This document shows positions 53,779 through 64,000 of a stretch of DNA of 64,000 bases, piece by piece. Below the pieces are notes generated by a model. It was not told the DNA's origin. It saw nothing but the letters and a program-made list of their open reading frames with translations, and searched no databases. Position numbers and translations under genes: made by a program. Numbering within the stretch: the first letter of the stretch is position 1; the number at the start of each line of letters is the position of its first letter. This DNA comes from Chrysomallon squamiferum (Eukaryota; Animalia; Mollusca). Location: the NCBI GenBank assembly GCA_012295275.1, contig CM022676.1, positions 2,294,001-2,358,000 of the forward strand, given 5' to 3'.

Positions 53779-54149
53779 ATATTTTATTATCTTTTATTCA
53801 CCAATTTCTTACATTTAATATATCTTTTATTATTATGCTGTCCATATTTTCCCCTTGTTTTTAGTTTTATATTATTTATTTATTTATTTATTCGTTCAGT
53901 TATTCCAGAAGTCAAAGAAAAAATCGAGCGATCGCTGGTGCCACGGAAGAGAAAGGAGGAAAGTACGAGGCTGTTGAATCGAACGACTGTTATCAGCCGG
54001 ATAATTCAACAAATGAATCAGTTTAAAATTACAGATCTGTTTCATATCAATACAAATTTGATTCATGGTATTATTGACGTTTTTCAGAATACTACTGATG
54101 CATTTCTACAACAATTAAATATTTCTTAGCAAATCTGGCTCTTCATTAC

Positions 54150-54660
54150 ATAGTGACGTATTTTAGTATCTTACCTCTGTACTTCTTTACTTAGTGATAC
54201 ACTGATGTATTTCCTTACAGTAGTGATGTGTTGGAGTATTTCATAACAGTAGTGACTTCTGACGTATTTCATAGCAGTAATGATGCTTTGACGTATTTCC
54301 TTACTGAAGTGATGTAGCTCATAACAGTCAGGATGTACTGACGTATTTCATGGCGACTTTTCTTACAGTAGTGATGCAATCATGGATTTTAATAATACTA
54401 GTGTAGAACTGACATATTTCATAACAGTAGTAATATACTGACTTATTTTATAACAGTAGTGATGTACTGACGTAACTTTTTACTAAAGTGACGTTTTTTC
54501 AGGGTTTTTTATGGCTTTTGATGCATTCATTACACTTGTGACATGTACATTTATAGTATGAACTATTTTATAACATTGTTTATGTATTGATATACAGTAG
54601 AGACGTGTTAACAACAACATCTGATATTATTAACGTATTTCATAAGACCACGTATTTCTC
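54150..54660. repeat. Degenerate ~28-bp minisatellite 3' of copy F
   Basis: Recurrent variants of ACAGTAGTGATGTACTGACGTATTTCATA. Confidence 0.7.
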
Positions 54661-56099
54661 AAAACTGCTTGTATATTTCATTACCCTAATGGTGTATTTC
54701 TTAATGATACGTATGCATTTATAGAAGTGACTAAAGTATATCATAAACTAAAATAGTGAACAAGATAATGCAAAATGCTAGTGTTATACAAACTGTTTTT
54801 GCAGTTTTCTTGTAGAAATAAAAATATGCATCAAAAACAGTTGCAATTACAATTTTACTAATTCCTTATTAATTGTCGATTTAAAGTGGAAACACTGATT
54901 TCTTTAACATTGAGATACTCATTTTTCATTTTGCATGTGTATAATATATGTATGTTTGTATGACTGTGTGTATGTATATATACATGTATGTATGTTGTAT
55001 ATTTTGTCTGTATGTGTCTGCGTGCATATGTGTGTATATATATATATGCGCTGTGCTTCCATGCATATATATAATATGCAAAGGTAAACCCACTTAAAAT
55101 AACAGTTGTTCTGATTTAAAACACATACAAAAATAGTAATCAAAGTAAATTAGTTGTTATTTACATAAATTAAATTAATTTTTGTTAAATCTATAAAACT
55201 AAATTTAGGTACACAAAGAAATGAGCCAAATCCAAATAAAGAGAGACGTAAGATAAGGAGAAACTATTATCACTGAAGCTCATTAGGGCAAAACAGGAAA
55301 ACATGTTTGGAAACATTAATTCACCTTCCTATCACTGTTTATTACTACATGCAGACAGACATGTGAAATGATGTTGGAGTTAGCTGATGAAAGAGCAAGA
55401 TGACGATATAAAAAGAGCAGATCCAAAAAAACATATTTGTTATAAAACTGCATCCTAATATATATCAGCAAACTGGAGACAGAGAAAATTTAACGCTACA
55501 CATGCCTGGGACAGAGATAGAGCACCAGCGTCAAAATTCAACAGAAAATGATTCTAAGAATCTCACAACATTAGAGAAACACGTCGTCAAGAGATTTTTT
55601 GGAATCTCATTTTTTTTTTTTTTTTAAACAAATCTAGAACTTACACGTAATACAAAAAAAAGAATTAACCTCGAGGAATCACAGCTACTAACGAAACAGA
55701 CAAAGATCGAAATATCAGCCATACCGACAAAGATAGAAATATGAACGCTAAACATTAACATTATGTACTGAAAAACAGCACAGAGCAACACACGACGATG
55801 TGAAATCGATGTTGTGAGTTTTTACCCAATAACAAGACACTAGACTTGCATGATGATGATTAGTATGATGATGAGCAGGAGGAGGAGGATAATTATCTTT
55901 TACTCAATTTACAAAAAGCAAATTCGTTCAGTTTACATAAAGTTTACCAGTGAATGCTGTAGCGGTTAGTATCACTTTGGCTAACTACTAATATGAATGC
56001 AACTACACACGTCATCACAGAAAATACAAACCACGTGATCGTATACACAGAACTAACTAACATAAGCATACAGCTATGTTTTGAACACAGAACCACTTA

Positions 56100-57704
56100 T
56101 TAATTGTGATTTAATTCCTCGTACCGTTGTTGTGATATCATCATGGAAATAATTCGATTATTTTCCTCTTCACAGTCATATTGCCTGGGGTCATCAGGCC
56201 GTCGTTGTTGCAGTACGTCACATGATCCGACTGCATTATCATATCGTGGCCCTTGATTTACCTTATCTCTTTTGTTTTCCGACTCATAACTGGTTGATCC
56301 GTTTTCCATTTCGTTCTGTTCACTAGATTTATTTACTTCCTGTCTACGTTCAGAGCTACTTCTTACACAGCTTAGATATTATAAAATAAATCTTAATAAA
56401 CGAATTTAATAAGAACCTGAAATAGTACATATAGACAGACTAGTACACAGAGAAACAGATATACAGAGTACACACAAAGAGACGGATAGACTAGTGCACA
56501 GATAGACAGTCTAGTACATGCAGGTTCAGCGAGAAAGATTCGTAGACAAATAAATATACAGACAGACAGAGCATTCGACAGACTTACACGCAGAACATGA
56601 CGCGGACTACCGTGAGTAACACAGACGAGATCACAGCAACAGCAATTGTGAGAAATGTGACCACTGAAAATGAGTTAATATTATTATTAAATCCCTAATG
56701 CAATAAACCACGTTAATATGTCATCCACAGGTATAGAACAATGCTACTTACAATAGTTGACTCTTAAATTATTTTTAATGTATGCATTCATCTTTCTAAA
56801 AAGATCAAGGATTGAAAGATTAAACACTGTCGTAGGCTTTATTTTCATAAATAATTATTATTCACCTTATCATTTTTTGTTCACATTTCGATTGCAGTAT
56901 TTATACATATTTATATTTTTATTTCTTGTATGATATTATTTTCATCTTTTTTTTTTAAAGAAGCTCAAATATATTACTTAGTTTAAGTTTTAAGTTCAAA
57001 CTGTTACATTCTCAGTATTAAATAATATAAAATAATAATAACGATAATAATAATAATAAACAATATGGTGATATGTAGAATAGTAAAACAACAAGGAAAA
57101 TGTAACAATTACAAATGAAACCCAGTCTGTGTGATGATGGTAATGTTTGCAGAATACAGCTCGTTGTAATGCATTTAAACATTTGTCTGTTGTCACTGAG
57201 AGATACAGTGTCAGTTAGAACAGAACTTCCTCTGTTCTCACACCCAGATAGTCTAGGTGGGTCATCTTTGATTCCGTCTGTATATGGCTACGACATCCAC
57301 GTCATGTCACCAGTGTCCTTCAACTGCCACGACCATGACTGTGCTGGGTTACCAACATTTCCATTACACCTGAATTCTACAGTTTCGGAAACAATGTACG
57401 CATTGAAAACCCTTTTTGGTGTAACGATCACTTCAATTTCACTTCGCTTTGCTTAAATTGATACATGCTTTACTGTAATTTTGTTTGCACATAAAGGTTT
57501 ATTTCTTGTCATTTTTTATTTGTTTTGTTTTGATTTTGTTTTAATTATTAAAGTGAAGTGTACCGGAGTTGTTGATATTTTTTCTCTTCAGTGACACAGA
57601 ATTAGGTACATCAACACGACTGATGTTACCAATACTACATCTGACTGTCACAGGAAATCCTTCATGTACACGAAGTGGATTTACTCTCATTTGTGCGGAT
57701 TCAG
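56100..57704 (-). pseudogene. IgSF copy G: truncated V exon, dead C2 exon, still-open TM and tail exons
   Basis: V 57704-~57558 truncated; C2 57451-~57127 with TAG at 57290-57288, a 7-bp deletion and a lost donor; TM 56663-56588; tail 56370-56100 ending QRYEELNHN*. Confidence 0.85.
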
Positions 57705-58466
57705 CTGTAACTAAAAATGCATAAACAAACAACGTATAAAATCAAGTGGTTGTTATCACACTATTTATTTCTTAAACAATGTAATATGTGTGATTACCCG
57801 AAATGACAGAAAATTCCAAACAAGTGAGTGAACATCATGACGAGCCATAAGAAAAGTCACTAAAGTTCTGTCTACAATACCACACCACTCAAGTGTCAGT
57901 GTAAATCTTTACTTAAACTCAAATCAAATGATTACACAAACTGCACATGAAGATGAACCTGAATGTTAAGCAGAGACTCGTTTCAGATCCTTAACATGAT
58001 ATATTTGTATAGTAAGTCACTTGTTTTTTTTAACAGAAATCACCTAATACACAGTCTGAGTTATATGCTATCAACCAGCACCTTTGCTCTTATTTAGTGT
58101 GTGCGAGTCTTCAGTAAACCAGCTGGCACAGTGGAACAGGACTCATTACAGGTGGACTACCAGATTCTGAAACTAAATGAATCATGGCTGACATATCAGA
58201 ATCCAGTTCACTGTTCAACTCGTCTGGATCTTGTTTCTAGTGTGACTTTGTGACTGCTGCTTCTTACAAGTTCCTGACAGGTGCATTTTACTTATTTGTG
58301 TGTATCTATAACATGAAGTGTAGTGGTATAATCACCGGATGGTTGGCAAATTGGATACAACAGAAACACGATCATCCCCTTCTTCTATCCATACAACTAA
58401 GTAATTAAACGTAATTATTAAAATATAAAATTCATACATCAAAAGTAAAGTAAAATCAAGTCTTAC

Positions 58467-58570
58467 TTTGAGTGTTGATGGTAAAGTTTGCAGAATGCAT
58501 CTGAACATTCGTGTGTTGTCACTGAGAGATACAGTGTGTGTTAGAACAGAATTTCCTCTATTCTCACACT
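58467..58570 (-). pseudogene. Copy H: 3' fragment of a C2 exon
   Basis: [25 protein letters not shown]...ANFTINTQ|GTAAG with two deletions; the adjacent 58570-59120 is homologous (inverted) to 29655-30215. Confidence 0.8.
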
Positions 58571-59124
58571 GTGATTTTCTGTAATTTTAAAACTTTTTAA
58601 AAATAATTGTTGTCATAAAAATGTTCGTTTTCAGTATTTTATAAAAATATTTATCTGCTGTCAGATTTTAAATAATCATAAACAACAGAATAAAATGGCT
58701 AAAGTACATCACCAATTCATATTACATAAAAATCAATCGTTGTCTTATTTTCAATGGTAATTCTAGAAAATCAATTATAACAAACGACATTTTTCGCGTA
58801 CATCAAACGCGTTTCTCTAATAAAATAACATCTTCACTTACTTTGTTACATAATCAGTAATAACAAAAATGAACTGTTTCAAATGTATCAATGTTGATTA
58901 ACTTTTATAAGTTCGTCTTTGTTTTTACAGTGAAACCCACATATCCATTAAAATATGTAGATATTTCTTTGTTCAGTACACTATCTACAGGTAATATTTT
59001 AAAAGTAAATGGGGTATCGAAGGACAAAAAGAGATGAGACAAGCGGGGGCTTCCACAACCCAAGTTTCACTTTCATTTACACTGAGATAATAGGAAAAGA
59101 GCTTGAAACTTTGGTCTTACTTTA

Positions 59125-59500
59125 TAATATCTCCTTATTAATATTAATTATACTACAAACACTACACATTTAAAATAAATCTCCTTATTAATATTAATTA
59201 TACTACAAACAATACACATTTAAAATAAATCTCCTTGTTGATATTAATTGTACTACAAACAATAGACATATAAAATAAATCTCCGTATTAATATTAATTA
59301 TACTACAAATATAAAAAACAAACAACACATATATAAAATAAATCTACTTGGTAAAATTAATGATTCTATGAATATAAAACTGCAAGCAATACAGATATAA
59401 AATAAATCTGCTTGCTAGTATTAATTCTACTACACATTTAAAACACCAAATAATGCAGACATAAAATAAATATTGTTGATAATTATACTACAAAGACAAA
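59125..59500. repeat. ~50-bp minisatellite downstream of the copy I tail exon
   Basis: TAAAATAAATCTCCTTATTAATATTAATTATACTACAAAC units; degenerate homologues at ~12560-12730 and ~44220-44400. Confidence 0.75.
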
Positions 59501-59758
59501 ACATGAAAACGAAACAGACAAATATTTTAGAAAAAATAATTAAAAAATTAGCCCTCCTCTACTGAAAATATGAATCTCGTGACGGTTTATTAAGAATTAT
59601 TTAACATAAAAACAACTATAGGTTTGACATCTTGGATATATAAGACACTGTTTTTTTTAGGTTAAATATGTGTAACTTAATGCTACTTTCTGCTGGATTA
59701 CACAAAAAACAGTTACAGACACACAACACGTACGTACATACAGACGCTTGTGTTTATT

Positions 59759-60070
59759 TTAATTGTTGATTATCTTCTCGTAAACATTTTGTTCTGTCGT
59801 GACTGGAACAGCATGATCATATTCGTTCCATTGTATTCCGTTGTCATATCCCGTGACGTCATCTGACCTACTCTGCTGCAGTGTTTCATCACGTGATCTG
59901 TCTGTACTGTTGTGTCTTGGTTCTAGATTTACATAATTTCTTCTGTTTTCTGACTCATAATTGGTTGACCCACTTCCAAGTTGGTTTTGTCCGGCTGACG
60001 AACGTACATTGTCTGAGTTTCTGCACTTTATACTGTGACGTCTTACATAGCTGTAATATAAAGTAAACAT

Positions 60071-60106
<36 letters not shown>

Positions 60107-60131
60107 TCTTCAGAGTCGTATACGTTTTATT

Positions 60132-60193
<62 letters not shown>

Positions 60194-62277
60194 TATACAT
60201 AAAAATTGATAGACAGACAGACACATAGATAGATAGATGTAATTACGTGAGATGTATGTATGTCTAAGTTATCTATATATGTGTGTATCTGTGCATATAT
60301 ATATCCATATATATATATTTGGATATGTAAGGAAAAACACGAAGAGACAGACAGACATGTTGGTAGACTACTGTAGAGAGGAAAAGACAGTCAACACTGC
60401 TTCACCGTTTCACAGACTTACACGACAAAGAAAACGCTGACTACGACGAGTAACACAGAAGAGACTACAGCAACGGCAGTTACAGCAGTTTTGTTACATT
60501 CACAATCGATTACATTTTCTTTTACAGTCGATGACTCAGCAATCCCTGTAGACTTTGTAGCTGGCTTGGGAGGCAACGTGAAAGATGTTCCTATAATTAA
60601 TTATTATAAAACAAGTCAATATTATCCATGATTGCATCGAATATACTATCACAATATTTTACTGATAAAATTATTTAGTCAGTGTATTCAAATTAATTTT
60701 CAACTTCAAGGTAAACACAATCAACTTTACTGTAAAGATGTGTTGACAAAATAATTATTTAAGACATTACATACAAGTGTGTATTATCTATATTTTTATA
60801 GCTATCCTCATTATTATATCTAAATCTTATAAATTTAGGAGTAACTGTAAAGCTTACTAAGCAGTATAAACCACGAGTTTCAAACTTCTAAAGTTATCAG
60901 CATCAAATATCAAAAAATAAAAATATCGTAGTATCTATAGTGCAGAAAAACAATAGAAAAATGTCAGATTACTATTAATACCAAGATTTACTTTCAGTGT
61001 AAAATAAACAGAATGCCTATGAAAAAAAACAAAAACATAAATAAATAAATAAAAAAAAATTAAAAATTAACATGGGAAAATATACTACCTGGTTTGATGA
61101 GCTTTTCTGTTATATAAAAACACAAAACGTGTTGAGAAATAAACGATTATGAAAAATATTTTACTTGCTGAGGTAAATGTTAAAATGTTTATGTTGTAAT
61201 AGACATTATTGTGCACGGTCAACACACTACAAAAATATAAAACCGTCATTTCACAATTATCTTTATCCGATGAATAACACAAAAATAAGAGTGATTCATA
61301 TGATATTATTTATACGTCAGCATTAACTGAAATCTAATTCTGTATGACCTACTGTCCTGGTACGTTCAAGTTACATTTTAAACTGAAATGAGTCAGTATT
61401 AACATTGTTTATATATAAACAAGACGATACTTTTCATTTATAAAAAATAAAAATGAGATTTAGAAATAAAATAATTATTACTTTTATATTGATACAGCAC
61501 ACAAACAAACAGGAAAACAGAAACACATGCAGAAGTGCATAGATGACGTGAAACCTGCATACTGCAGAAAGATGCTTAGCTGCAGTGATTAACAGAAAAA
61601 TGGAAAGAAAATAACGCAATAGACTTGAGTGCAGTGCTAATACACTGACTGTTCATAGTGTGTGTTTCAACACATCAAGTAGCCTATTCGTGTTGGGTGA
61701 CTGAAAGATAATAAATCATTATTTACGTAATCCAATAAGCTGGCTTCTACAAGAAATGACAAAACATGGAATTTAACAAATTAAAACGGGACATAACATC
61801 GACATGATGGCTGTTATTTTCTTCCGTTAAATCATTTCAATTCAGTTGCCTTCTTAAAACAATGTTGTTATACATTACACATAACAATGGTTTCCTCATA
61901 CAGCAATGATTTTCATTCTAAAACCAATTAAATTGAAATCTTACTTTGAGTGTTGATGGTAAAGTTTGCAGAATACAGCTCGTTGTTACCCACAATGCAT
62001 CTGAACATTCGTGTGTTGTCATTGAGAGAAACAGTGTGTGTTAAAACAGACCTTCCTAGGTTCTTACACCCAGATAGTCTAGGTGGGTCATCTTTGATTC
62101 TCTCTGTGTATGGATACGACAACCACATCATGTCAGCAGCGTACTTCCACTGCCACGACCAGGACTGTGCTGGGTTACCAACATTTCCATTACACCTGAA
62201 CTCTACCGTTTCGTTGACAACATAGGGGCTGAACTCCTTTCTTGGTGTCACGATCATTTCAATATCATCTGGCTTTG
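59759..62277 (-). CDS. IgSF copy I: intact C2 + stalk/TM + full-length tyrosine-motif tail
   Basis: Exons 62277-61945, 60590-60422, 60050-59759; all canonical and open; [27 protein letters not shown] then RRHSIK; tail has YESE, YVNL, YDNG, YDHA, YEKI. Confidence 0.8.
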
Positions 62278-62517
62278 CTGAAACAGATAAATACACGAAA
62301 TAAATAAACACTGCGTTTTTCTGTAATTTAGTTCAATTATAAACGTTAATTGTATACATATACACACATATATATAGATAGATATAGATATAGATAGATA
62401 GATGAATTTTGAATTAAATACATCTATACTTTTTTCGACTAATTTTGAAAAGTAATTGTTTGTGTTGAACATTTTCTTTCTCGGTTATTGACTCAGATAT
62501 TTTTACACAAGTACAAA

Positions 62518-62684
62518 AGAAGCTATCGTAACATCGGTACTGGGATTGCTGAGAAGTTTTCTTCTCACTGATACAGAATTAAGTACATCAACGTAACTGA
62601 TGATGTTACCAAGACTACATCTGACTGTCACAGGAACTTCTTCATCAACAAGACTTGGCCTGATTGTGAGTTGTGCGGCTTCAC
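62518..62684 (-). pseudogene. Truncated V exon upstream of the copy I C2 exon
   Basis: EAAQLTIRPS...TVRCSLGN...DVTIAS is fused to intron-2 sequence with a stop soon after; no donor. Confidence 0.85.
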
Positions 62685-63732
62685 CTGTAAGTAAACATGT
62701 ACAAAGAAATAACTCAAAAATGTAGTAAACGTTTCCATTGTCAATGTTATATATTTCTTAATCTGCATAATACCTTTATCATATAAATCAGAAGAAAACA
62801 TTAATTTTAATTTAATGAATTTAATAATTTTAAAAATTAAGAATTAACATGGGAAAATTTAGAAATATACTTCCTGGTTTGATGAGCATTTCTGTAATAT
62901 AAAAACACAAAAAGTGTTTAGAAATAAACGATTATGAAAAATATTTTACTTACTGAGGTAAATGTTAAAATATTTATGTTGTAATAGACATTACTGTAAA
63001 CGATCAATACACTACACAAATATAAATCCGTCATTTGACAATTATCTTTACCTGATGAATAACACAGCAAAAATTAGAGTGATTTGTATGATATTATTTA
63101 TACGTCAGCATTAACTGAAATCTAATTCTGTATGATCTACTGTCCTGGTACGTTCGAGTTACATTTTAAACTGAAATGAGTCAGTATTAACATTGTTTAT
63201 ACATAAACAAGACGGTACTTTTCATTTATAAAAAAGAAACATGAGATTTAGAAATAAAATAATTATTACTTTTATATTGATACAGCATACAAACAAACAG
63301 GAAAACAGAAACACATGCAGAAGTGCATAGATGACGTGAAACCTGCATACTGCAGAAAGATGCTTAGCTGCAGTGATTAACAGAAAAATGGAAAGAAAGT
63401 AACACAATAGACTTGAGTGCAGTGCTAATACACTGACTGTTCATAGTTTGTGTTTCAACACATCAAGTAGCCTATTCGTGTTGGGTGACTGAAAGATAAT
63501 AAATCATTATTTACGTAATCCAATAAGCTGGCATCTACAAGAAATGACAAAACATGGAGATTAGCAAATTAAAACATGACATAACATCAACATGATGGCT
63601 GTCATTTTCTTCCGTTAAATCATTTCAATTCAGTTGCCTTCTTAAAACAGTGTTGTTATACGTTAAATATAACAAATGTTAGTTCATACAGCAATGATTT
63701 TAATTCTAAAACCAATTATATTGAAATCTTAC

Positions 63733-64000
63733 TTTGAGTGTTGATGGTAAAGTTTACAGAATACAGCTCGTTGTTACCCACAATGCATCTAAACATTCGT
63801 CTCTTCTCACTGAGAGATACAGTGTGTGTTAAAACAGAACTTCCTCTGTTCTTACACCCAGATAGTCTAGGTGGGTCATCTTTGATTCTCTCTGTGTATG
63901 GATACGACATCCACATTATGTCAGCAGCGTACTTCCACTGCCACGACCAGGACTGTGCTGGGTTACCAACATTTCCATTACACCTGAACTCTACAGTTTC
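63733..64000 (-). CDS. C2-like Ig exon (partial, runs off the window)
   Basis: Open frame [14 protein letters not shown]...[21 protein letters not shown]|GTAAG. Confidence 0.8.

Noticed and set aside
59759-60050. Canonical ITAM in the tail
   Set aside because: No YxxL/I-x6-8-YxxL/I pair; the motifs are single and only ITIM-like or YxN
57115-62225. Plus-strand ORFs 57115-57456 and 61950-62225 (also 22798-23025, 20209-20538)
   Set aside because: Antisense shadows of Ig/TM exons

Overview
AT-rich, microsatellite-laden, spliced eukaryotic DNA. The Ig-domain style and repeat landscape suggest a mollusc, possibly a cephalopod; this is inference and cannot be verified here. The window holds a tandem/inverted cluster of at least 9 copies or fragments (labelled A-I) of one immunoglobulin-superfamily type-I receptor family. 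The reconstructed gene has 5 exons: a 55-nt signal peptide exon, a 402-nt atypical V-like Ig exon lacking the C-strand Trp, a 333-nt C2/I-like Ig exon, a stalk+TM exon and a tyrosine-motif cytoplasmic exon, about 416 aa in all. Copies differ in putative CDR-like loops, tail length, TM charge and membrane versus soluble form. Many are broken by splice-site mutations, stops and microhomology deletions. Between the genes lie a ~450-bp dimeric tandem array (1-7.8 kb) and large GTAAGT-rich satellites in both orientations (13.1-18.1, 28.1-29.2, 30.4-43.9 kb). There is also a 200-N gap, an inverted segmental duplication (copies A/E) and local tandem duplications. Most ORF-track entries are microsatellite or satellite artefacts.
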